From an uncultured Candidatus Saccharibacteria bacterium (GTDB lineage: Bacteria; Patescibacteriota; Minisyncoccia; Minisyncoccales; CAYPLZ01): a stretch of 33,012 bases of DNA. This document shows, one piece after another, positions 19,473 through 26,241 of the stretch. Position numbers and translations under genes: made by a program. Positions within the stretch are counted from its first letter, which is position 1. Every line of letters starts with the position of its first letter. Location of the stretch: contig CAYPLZ010000001.1 in assembly GCA_964411855.1 (NCBI GenBank), positions 1 through 33,012 of the forward strand, given 5' to 3'. The notes below the pieces were generated by a model, which was given only the letters and a program-made list of their open reading frames with translations, was not told the origin of the DNA and searched no databases.

Positions 19473-19557
19473 CATTCCTCCAATTTATCTTAATAATAAA
19501 TAGCAACGGAATTGATACTTTTTAATTACCTCTTAAATAAAACTTAAGAGTAAAATT

Positions 19558-21606
19558 ATGGAATTAATAATAGTTGAGTCACCCACAAAAGCCAAAACCT
19601 TAGATAGGTTTTTAGGAGAAGACTTTAAAATTACATCTTCTCAAGGCCATATTAGAGATTTACCTTCAAAGAAACTTGGTATTGATATTGAAGATAATTT
19701 TGAGCCAGATTACGTACTTATCCCAAAAGCAAAGAAAAGAATTAAAGAATTAAGAAAAAAATCTGAAAAAGCTGACAAGGTAATTCTTGCAACTGACCCT
19801 GACAGAGAGGGTGAAGCCATTTCTTGGCATTTATCTAAAGCTTTAGATCTTAAAGAAGATCAATACAAGAGAATTGCTTTCCACGAAATTACTAAAAGTG
19901 CAATCAATGAAGCTTTAGAAAGCCCAAGAGGAATTGATATGAATTTAGTAAACGCTCAACAAGCAAGAAGAGTTTTAGATAGAATTGTAGGGTATAAGCT
20001 CTCTCCTTTCTTATGGAAAAAAATTGCAAGAGGTTTATCTGCTGGAAGAGTCCAGTCAGTAGCTCTTCGTTTTATTGTTGATAGAGAAAAAGAAATTAAA
20101 GCTTTTACCCCAGAAGAATACTGGAGAATTAAAGCCCTTTTAAGCCAAAAGGAAGAAAAAGACGATTTTGAAGCACTTTTAATTAAAGAAAATAATAAAA
20201 AGATAAAGAAAAAGAGCATTGATTCAAAAGAAAAAGCAGATAAGATTATTAAGAATCTAGAAAAAGAAGACTATAAGGTAAAAGATGTTAAAAGAAAAGA
20301 GAAGAAAAGAAATCCTTATCCTCCTTTTACTACAAGTGATCTTCAGCAAGAAGCTTGGCAACAATATAACTTCCCTACTGGATTTACAATGAGTCTTGCT
20401 CAGAAATTATATGAGAAAGGTTTAATTACTTATCACAGAACAGATTCCTTAAATCTATCCAAGCAATCATTAGCAGCTGCCAAAAAAGTTATTACAGAAA
20501 AATACGGAGAAAATTATCATAAATGGAGAAAATTCAAAACAAAAGGAAGAGCTCAAGAAGCCCACGAAGCAATTCGTCCTTCTTATCCTTCTAAAACTCC
20601 TGATGATGTAAAAATTAAAAATGATGCTCAACAGAAATTATATAACTTAATATGGAGAAGATTCATTTCTTCTCAAATGAAACCTGCAATTTATAATACT
20701 GTTACTGTAAATATTGAAGCAGGAAAATATACCTTAAGAGCAAAAGGTAAAAATTTAAAATTCGATGGATTTTTAAAAGTTTATACTTTTAGAAGAAGAA
20801 AAAATCAATCCACTCTTCCAAATGTTAAAAAAGGAGAAGAATTAGACTTAAAAGAAATTCTTTCAAAACAACACTTTACTCAAGCCCCTCCAAGATATTC
20901 TGAAGCTTCTTTAATTAAAAAATTAAAAAAACACGGAATTGGAAGACCTTCAACCTATGCTCCAATTCTATCAACTATTCAAAGAAGAAATTATTTAAGA
21001 AAAAATAACAACAAAAGGTTTGAGCCTACTGAAATTGGAATAGTAGTAAATGACTTACTAGTAGAGCATTTTCCTAAAATTGTAGATGCTGACTTTACAG
21101 CAGATATGGAAAATGAGCTAGATGAAATTGCAGAAGGAAAAGCAGAATGGAAGAAAGTAATAGCAGATTTTTATAAGCCTTTCAATGAAAATCTAGAAAA
21201 GAAATACGATGAAGTTGATAAAAAAGATTACACTGAAAAACCAACTGATAAAGAATGTCCAAAATGTGGTTCCCCTTTAATTATTAGACTTGGAAAATAT
21301 GGAAGATTTTATGCCTGCTCTAATTTCCCTAAATGTAAGTATAGCGAACCTCTAGAAAAAGAAGGACCTGACATTGATTGCCCTGAATGCGAAAAAGGCA
21401 AATTAGTACAGAAGAAAACTAAAAAAGGAAAAATATTCTACGGATGTGATCAATATCCTGATTGTGAGTTTGCTCTATGGGATAAACCAACTGGAGAAAA
21501 ATGTCCAAAATGTGGCTCTTTACTAGTATATAATGGAAAAGGATTGATAAAGTGTTCCAATGATGATTGTGACTTTAAGAAGATTGACCAGAGAGAAGAA
21601 AAGTGA
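19558..21606 (+). CDS. topA: DNA topoisomerase I (type IA)
   Basis: 682 aa. Toprim (LIIVESPTKAKTL, ATDPDREGEAI), active-site Tyr context ITYHRTDS, and three C-terminal C4 zinc ribbons (CPKCG...C..FPKC, CPECE...C..YPDC, CPKCG...). Confidence 0.93.
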   Translation: MELIIVESPTKAKTLDRFLGEDFKITSSQGHIRDLPSKKLGIDIEDNFEPDYVLIPKAKKRIKELRKKSEKADKVILATDPDREGEAISWHLSKALDLKEDQYKRIAFHEITKSAINEALESPRGIDMNLVNAQQARRVLDRIVGYKLSPFLWKKIARGLSAGRVQSVALRFIVDREKEIKAFTPEEYWRIKALLSQKEEKDDFEALLIKENNKKIKKKSIDSKEKADKIIKNLEKEDYKVKDVKRKEKKRNPYPPFTTSDLQQEAWQQYNFPTGFTMSLAQKLYEKGLITYHRTDSLNLSKQSLAAAKKVITEKYGENYHKWRKFKTKGRAQEAHEAIRPSYPSKTPDDVKIKNDAQQKLYNLIWRRFISSQMKPAIYNTVTVNIEAGKYTLRAKGKNLKFDGFLKVYTFRRRKNQSTLPNVKKGEELDLKEILSKQHFTQAPPRYSEASLIKKLKKHGIGRPSTYAPILSTIQRRNYLRKNNNKRFEPTEIGIVVNDLLVEHFPKIVDADFTADMENELDEIAEGKAEWKKVIADFYKPFNENLEKKYDEVDKKDYTEKPTDKECPKCGSPLIIRLGKYGRFYACSNFPKCKYSEPLEKEGPDIDCPECEKGKLVQKKTKKGKIFYGCDQYPDCEFALWDKPTGEKCPKCGSLLVYNGKGLIKCSNDDCDFKKIDQREEK

Positions 21607-21632
21607 TAATTTTAAAGCGGATTTAAAAGAGC

Positions 21633-21717
21633 GCCCGAGTGCTGGAATTTGGCATACAGGGTGGATTCAAAATCCACTGTCCTTACGGACTTGAGGGTTC
21701 GAGTCCCTCCTCGGGCA
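21633..21717 (+). tRNA. tRNA-Leu (anticodon CAA), class II with long variable arm; CCA not encoded
   Basis: Folded by hand. Acceptor gcccgag/ctcgggc plus discriminator A. D-stem ctg/cag with a GG loop. Anticodon stem gtgga/tccac with loop ttCAAaa. Variable arm gtcc-ttac-ggac. T-arm gaggg-ttcgagt-ccctc. The next bases are cta, not CCA. Confidence 0.9.
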
Positions 21718-21733
21718 CTACTCTATCCCAATC

Positions 21734-21764
21734 AAAAAGCCACCATTACTGGTGGCTTTTTTTT
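21734..21764. terminator. Bidirectional intrinsic terminator (ends pth-topA-tRNA on the plus strand and the 21777..22970 gene on the minus strand)
   Basis: Stem gccacca (21739-21745) / tggtggc (21750-21756) with loop ttac. Flanked by A5 upstream and T8 downstream. Confidence 0.8.
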
Positions 21765-21776
21765 GTTTTAACTTTT

Positions 21777-22970
21777 CTATTTAATATCTTTTTTAACGTG
21801 CTCTCCTGGTTTAGTAGTTTTTCCCTCCCAAATTTTTCTTCCGGGATAAATTAAAGTCCCAATTCCTGTTTTAACATTATCTCCTGTAGCGCACCCAAAC
21901 TTTTTCATTCCTGTATCAACTAGTTCTTCTTTCACCATAGATTTAATATTTTCTCCATCATTTCTTAAGTTTGCTGTTATTGTGCCAGCTCCAAAATTAC
22001 AATTTTTTCCAATTACAGAATCCCCTACATAACTTAAGTGAGCAATATTTGTGTTGTCACAAATTACTGAATTTTTAACTTCTACTCCATTTCCTATATG
22101 ACAATTAGCTCCTATTGTGGTAGCTCCTCTGATATAGCAATTTGGACCTATTTTACAATTTTTTCCGATTAATACTGGACCTTCGATATAGGATCCGCTT
22201 TTAATAACTGTTCCTTCTCCTATTTTAACTTCTCCTTTTAAGGTAGTTCCTTTTTCTATCTTTCCTTTGTTTTTACCTTTTAAGTTTCTTAAGACTACTT
22301 TATTTGTTTTAACTACACTCCAAGGATAAGTAACTGGATACCACTCATCTGCTAAAGCACTATATAGTTTCTTTCCATTTCTAATATATTTGATAAAGTA
22401 ATCTGGCAATTCATATTCTCCCCTTTTCGATTTTTCAATTTTAGCCTCAAAAACTTCTTTATTGGCAAAGTATAATCCAATTCCGGCTAAATTGCTTAGT
22501 TTTTTCTTTGGTTTTTCTACTATCTTTTGAATTACGCCGTCCTTTACCAATGCTTGTGAAAAAGCAGAAGGTTCCTCTACTTCTTTTAAAAGCATAGAAG
22601 GATTTTTCTTCATAGCTTCCTTTATTCCTTTTTTAAAATAAAGATCATCTCCATTCATAATTAAAAATTCATCTCCCTCAATTAAAGGGAGGGCTTGAAC
22701 AGCTGCATCACCAGTTCCCACTGCTTCATCTTGCTCCGTATATTTAATTTTCATTCCCTTATAACTATCTCCGAAAAAATCTTTAATTTTATCTCCTTCG
22801 TACCCAATTACAATAATAACTTCTTCTACAAGTCCTTTTAGTTGATTTAAATTGTGTTCTAAAAGGTTCTTGTTTGCAACCTCCATAAAAGGCTTTGGTT
22901 TAGTTGCCGTAAGCGGCCGTAATCTAGTTCCTTTCCCTGCTGCTAAAATTACTGCTTGTTTAGTTTTCAT
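21777..22970 (-). CDS. Bifunctional sugar-1-phosphate nucleotidylyltransferase / left-handed beta-helix acyltransferase (GlmU-like, archaeal-type architecture)
   Basis: 397 aa. N-terminal ILAAGKGTRLRPLT nucleotidyltransferase motif. The C-terminal ~150 aa are hexapeptide repeats (IGKNCKIGPNCYIRGATTIGANCHIGNGVEVKNSVI...). Substrate not determinable from sequence alone. Confidence 0.7.
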   Translation of the reverse strand: MKTKQAVILAAGKGTRLRPLTATKPKPFMEVANKNLLEHNLNQLKGLVEEVIIVIGYEGDKIKDFFGDSYKGMKIKYTEQDEAVGTGDAAVQALPLIEGDEFLIMNGDDLYFKKGIKEAMKKNPSMLLKEVEEPSAFSQALVKDGVIQKIVEKPKKKLSNLAGIGLYFANKEVFEAKIEKSKRGEYELPDYFIKYIRNGKKLYSALADEWYPVTYPWSVVKTNKVVLRNLKGKNKGKIEKGTTLKGEVKIGEGTVIKSGSYIEGPVLIGKNCKIGPNCYIRGATTIGANCHIGNGVEVKNSVICDNTNIAHLSYVGDSVIGKNCNFGAGTITANLRNDGENIKSMVKEELVDTGMKKFGCATGDNVKTGIGTLIYPGRKIWEGKTTKPGEHVKKDIK

Positions 22971-23949
22971 TATTATTTAATATTTTTAAGATTGTATTGG
23001 CTAATTTGTGAGGATCGTGAACAATAGGACCTTTATTTTTAATTATTTTCTTACCAATATATTTATCTTTTTTTAATAACTCTTCTTTGTATTGCACTAA
23101 ACTTAATAATTCTGGGTGTCTAGCTTTATGTTCTTTTATTCTTTTTTTGGAAGGTTTTTGTGTATTAAAGATTACATGATCAACTTCTCCTTCTAAATAT
23201 TTTTCTATAACACCAACAAAGTCTTGCACGTTAAATCTATTTGTCTCTCCTCTCTTTCTCATTAAATTACAGATATAGACTACTTTTGCATCACTTTCTC
23301 TCATTGCTCTTGCAATACCTTTTGTTAAAAGTATTTGAGCCAAAGAAGAATAAAGATCTCCTGGGCCTAGAACTATAAGGTCTGCCTTAGTTAAAGCTTT
23401 TACAGATTCTGGATATGCTTTTGCTTCTGGTTTTAAGTATACTTTTTTTATCTTTAAGCTATCATCGTGTTTTGGAACATCAATATTTGTCTCTCCTTTT
23501 ACGATTTTTCCATTTTCTAATTCTGCATATAGGTGAGATTTAGTAAGTGTAGCAGGCAATACTTGATGCCTTACATTAAGGAGCTTATTCAGCTCCTTTA
23601 AGGTTCTTTCATAATCATTACTGCTTAATTCAAGAGCAGCAATAAAAAGGTTAGCAAAGCTATGTCCTTCTAATTCTCCAGTTTGAAACCGATAATCAAA
23701 AAGGTTTTTTATAACTGGAGAGGTATTAGCTAGAGCAATAAATGCTCTTTTAATATCTCCGGGAGAGATAATATTATAATCTTCTCTTAGCCTTCCAGTA
23801 GATCCTCCTGAATCAAGCATTGCACAAATTACAGATAATTTAATATCTTTCTTTTTTAAACCTGCAATTACTGTCTTCGGCATTGCATTTCCTCCCCCTA
23901 AGCAAGCTATTCTTTTTGTTTTATCCTCTTTATCTTTATTTTTAGGCAT
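22960..23949 (-). CDS. YvcK/CofD-family (UPF0052) protein
   Basis: 329 aa. IACLGGGNAMPKTV and LDSGGSTGRLRED match the YvcK/CofD N-terminal motifs. Overlaps the downstream nucleotidyltransferase gene by 11 nt. Confidence 0.75.
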   Translation of the reverse strand: MPKNKDKEDKTKRIACLGGGNAMPKTVIAGLKKKDIKLSVICAMLDSGGSTGRLREDYNIISPGDIKRAFIALANTSPVIKNLFDYRFQTGELEGHSFANLFIAALELSSNDYERTLKELNKLLNVRHQVLPATLTKSHLYAELENGKIVKGETNIDVPKHDDSLKIKKVYLKPEAKAYPESVKALTKADLIVLGPGDLYSSLAQILLTKGIARAMRESDAKVVYICNLMRKRGETNRFNVQDFVGVIEKYLEGEVDHVIFNTQKPSKKRIKEHKARHPELLSLVQYKEELLKKDKYIGKKIIKNKGPIVHDPHKLANTILKILNNNEN

Positions 23950-24073
23950 AAAACTTTGTTAATTTGATATTTTAATTATAAAGGAAGATGGAAATGAAGT
24001 AAATTTTTACTCTTTCTAATAAAAAAGGTAAAATGGTTTAATTAATAAGTAAATTCATTTTTTAAACATTATT

Positions 24074-25336
24074 ATGGAAGATAAAAAATTCTTAATTAAA
24101 GGAGGAAATAAACTTTCAGGGAAAGTAGAAATATCAGGTTATAAAAACTCAGCAGGAGCAGCATTAGCTGCTACTCTTTTAACAGAAGAAACATCAGTTA
24201 TAGGAAACCTTCCTCAAGTTTCTGATGTTCATAACCAGTTAAAAATATTAGAACAAATAGGTGCAAAAGTAGAATGGGTTGGAGATAATAAGGTAAAAAT
24301 TAATCCAGCCGACATTAACCCAGAACATATACCAGCAGAAATTTTCAGAAAAATGAGAATTTCTGTTCTTTTAATTGGTCCACTTTTGGCTCGTTTTAAT
24401 GAAATTAAAGTTCCTCATCCTGGAGGAGACCGAATTGGCCTCCGTCCTATTTGGGCTCACATTAAAGGACTAAAGGCTTTAGGTGTAGAAGTTGAAGAAA
24501 AAGATGGATTCTATCACTTTAAAAGCCCAGATAATATTAAAGGAAGAAAGGTAATACTAAAAGAATTTTCTGTTTCAGCAACAGAAAACCTATTAATGCT
24601 TTCTGCTCTTGGAAAAGGAAAAACAACCATAAAGACTGCTGCAGCAGAACCACAAGTTCAAGACTTATGTCATCAATTAGAAAAAATGGGAGCCTCAATT
24701 AAAGGAATTGGAAATCATACCTTAGAGATAGAAGGACAAGACAAGTTAGAAGGAGTAGAATATGATATTTATCCTGATCCCCTAGTTGGAGGAACATATA
24801 TTCTTGCCTTTGCCTTAACCCAAGGAGAAGGAGAAGTAGTAAATGTTGTCCCAGAACATCTAACAATGTTTTTAGATAAATTAAAAGAAATCGGAGTAAA
24901 TCTAGAGATAAAAGAAAATAGTGTAAAAATTAAACCATCGAAAGATTTTAAAGCAGCTGATGTTCAAGTCCTACCATATCCCGGCTTTCCGACCGATCTT
25001 CAACCTCAAACTTCAGTTCTTTTAACTCAAGCAGAAGGAAAAAGTGTAGTTCACGACCCTTTGTATGAAAACAGATTCCAGCATTTACATGAGCTTAAGA
25101 AGCTAGGAGCAGATATTGAAATAGCAGATCCACATCGTGCTCTAGTCTTTGGAAAAACACCTTTGATGGGAACTGAAATTAGTGCATTAGATATTAGATC
25201 TGGAGCAGCTTTAATCCTTGCCGGATTAATTGCAGATGGCCAGACTTTAATTAAAGATATTTCCCATATTGATAGAGGCTATGAAAAAATTGAAGAAAAA
25301 CTAAGGAATATAGGAGCAGATATTAAAAGGATATAA
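24074..25336 (+). CDS. murA: UDP-N-acetylglucosamine 1-carboxyvinyltransferase
   Basis: 420 aa. LSGKVEISGYKNSAGAALAATLL matches the MurA N-terminus. The active-site loop PHPGGDRIGLRP aligns to E. coli LPGGCAIGARP. C-terminal ...IDRGYEKIEEKLRNIGADI. Confidence 0.92.
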   Translation: MEDKKFLIKGGNKLSGKVEISGYKNSAGAALAATLLTEETSVIGNLPQVSDVHNQLKILEQIGAKVEWVGDNKVKINPADINPEHIPAEIFRKMRISVLLIGPLLARFNEIKVPHPGGDRIGLRPIWAHIKGLKALGVEVEEKDGFYHFKSPDNIKGRKVILKEFSVSATENLLMLSALGKGKTTIKTAAAEPQVQDLCHQLEKMGASIKGIGNHTLEIEGQDKLEGVEYDIYPDPLVGGTYILAFALTQGEGEVVNVVPEHLTMFLDKLKEIGVNLEIKENSVKIKPSKDFKAADVQVLPYPGFPTDLQPQTSVLLTQAEGKSVVHDPLYENRFQHLHELKKLGADIEIADPHRALVFGKTPLMGTEISALDIRSGAALILAGLIADGQTLIKDISHIDRGYEKIEEKLRNIGADIKRI

Positions 25337-25350
25337 AGAACAAAATAGCC

Positions 25351-25386
25351 AAAAAAAAGAAGAGGAGTTTTTACTCCTCTTTTTTT
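25351..25386. terminator. Bidirectional intrinsic terminator between murA (+) and the 102-aa ORF (-)
   Basis: Stem aagaggagt (25360-25368) / actcctctt (25373-25381) with loop tttt. A8 upstream and a T-run downstream. The last codons (KKEE*) of the minus-strand ORF lie inside the hairpin. Confidence 0.75.
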
Positions 25387-25679
25387 ATGTTTGGTTTAAG
25401 TCTCATCAATAGGTCTATCAATTCTTTTTCAAATTCTATTCTTAATTTTTCTAATTTTCTTATTCTTTTTTCAAGAGCTATTTTTTGAACTCTGATCTGG
25501 AGTTCTTCAGTGTAAGTTTTAGCTTCTCTTGCTTTCTTTTCTAAGGCCTTCACTTTATTTTCCTTTTGTCGTATCTTTACCCCCATTTCTGGCAGTCTAC
25601 AAGTGGACAATTCATTCGCCCTTATAAAGTCAGCTGATGAAATAAAGCTTCTCTCGGTAGAAAGTTCATTCTTGCCCAT
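25371..25679 (-). CDS. Hypothetical protein, K/E-rich and predicted coiled-coil in its C-terminal two thirds
   Basis: 102-aa ORF. AAGGGGG lies 7 nt upstream of the ATG. Contains a duplicated NELST(E/C)R motif near the N-terminus. Ends in the terminator at 25351-25386. No family recognised, so coding status is unproven. Confidence 0.4.
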   Translation of the reverse strand: MGKNELSTERSFISSADFIRANELSTCRLPEMGVKIRQKENKVKALEKKAREAKTYTEELQIRVQKIALEKRIRKLEKLRIEFEKELIDLLMRLKPNIKKEE

Positions 25680-25739
25680 TTTTAGGCCCCCTTTGTTTGT
25701 AAAGAAAGTATTTAAATCTAATTCTTTTCTTTCTTTTTG

Positions 25740-25922
25740 TCAATATTGTTCCTCTCTGGCATCTAATAAGCAATCTGCATATGGATTGAACGCTCTACAA
25801 AATTCTCTGTTACTGCAATGATCACAAACATGCTTTACTCCTTTTTCTTCATGGTGGATGCTACAATCTCTAGCTATTTCGAGTTTGTTCTTCTCGCTTC
25901 TTAACTCTCTTCTACTTAGCAT
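25740..25922 (-). CDS. Hypothetical small Cys-rich protein (C-X12-C-X2-C-X5-C-X8-C)
   Basis: 60-aa ORF. AAGGGGA lies 8 nt upstream of the ATG. Five Cys and four His. Ends in TGA, in frame with the next ORF. No family recognised. Confidence 0.4.
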   Translation of the reverse strand: MLSRRELRSEKNKLEIARDCSIHHEEKGVKHVCDHCSNREFCRAFNPYADCLLDAREEQY

Positions 25923-26020
25923 TTGATTATTCCCCTTTTTAAAAGAATTTTTAGAAAAAATAATTGAATTTAAATCTTTTCCTTCTCGTTTCCCTCCTTA
26001 TTTAAAAGATTTTAAAGAAC

Positions 26021-26053
26021 AAAAAAACAAGCCTCCTTTAGAGAGGAGACTTG
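26021..26053 (-). terminator. Intrinsic terminator on the minus strand, 189 nt downstream of the glmS stop
   Basis: Hairpin 26028-26053 (caag-c-ctcc / ggag-a-cttg, one mismatch). On the minus-strand transcript it is followed by U7 (A-run 26021-26027). Confidence 0.65.
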
Positions 26054-26092
26054 TTTTAATTGATTTCAAGTTGTTATTTAATCTCAAAACAA

Positions 26093-26158
26093 ACTAAAAC
26101 AAATCTCCTTCCCAAAGGAAATGGTTTTCCAATCAATATAAAAGAGATTTGTTTTAGT
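26093..26158. repeat. Perfect 15-bp inverted repeat with a 36-nt spacer (long hairpin candidate)
   Basis: actaaaacaaatctc (26093-26107) is the exact reverse complement of gagatttgttttagt (26144-26158). The spacer can itself form ggaaa/tttcc pairings. On the minus strand the structure is followed by tttgttttg. Confidence 0.8.
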
Positions 26159-26195
26159 AATATAATTCATAATACTTTTTTTAGTTTAATCCGTT

Positions 26196-26230
26196 TTTTC
26201 CACAATTGTCAAGTAATAACTTGTGGAAAA
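26196..26230. repeat. Perfect 10-bp inverted repeat with a 15-nt spacer, 12 nt downstream of the glmS stop
   Basis: ttttccacaa (26196-26205) / ttgtggaaaa (26221-26230). The spacer contains TTGACA on the minus strand (26207-26212). No U-tract follows on either strand. Confidence 0.75.
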
Positions 26231-26241
26231 CTTGTTTAAAA

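Noticed and set aside
19530-19550. A hairpin (ctcttaa-ataaaac-ttaagag) 7 nt before the topA ATG, as a possible pth terminator or attenuator.
   Set aside because: The stem is 7 bp and almost entirely A-U, with no U-tract. It is too weak to call, and pth-topA-tRNA look co-transcribed.
21639-21854. A 71-aa plus-strand ORF.
   Set aside because: It begins inside the tRNA-Leu gene, runs through the bidirectional terminator and continues into the antisense of the 21777..22970 gene. It is not a plausible coding region.
25740-25742. The in-frame TGA as evidence for an alternative genetic code (UGA read as Gly or Trp) or for selenocysteine.
   Set aside because: TGA ends at least eight clearly complete genes here (GT2, the GH-A-like hydrolase, comEC, nrdG, pth, topA, glmS and the 5' partial gene). 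The long ORFs contain Trp as TGG and no internal TGA, so genome-wide reassignment does not fit.

For Sec, the flanking residues (EEQY-U-QKER) are not a redox motif. The only hairpin just downstream (aaagaaag/ctttcttt) is a weak AU-rich stem. No Sec machinery is visible in the window. Sec is not formally excluded without a genome-wide selA/selB/selC search.
25371-25922. The two adjacent small ORFs as a toxin-antitoxin module or a RiPP/bacteriocin precursor locus.
   Set aside because: There is no RHH/HTH-like antitoxin feature and no recognisable toxin fold. The 60-nt in-frame spacer is unlike typical TA coupling. No modification, transport or immunity genes lie nearby.
26084-26170. A 28-aa minus-strand ORF (MNYITKTNLFYIDWKTISFGKEICFSLF*) spanning the long inverted repeat.
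   Set aside because: It is very short and exactly co-extensive with the hairpin, so the open frame may be a by-product. It has no supporting motif or convincing promoter. It cannot be excluded without conservation or translation data.
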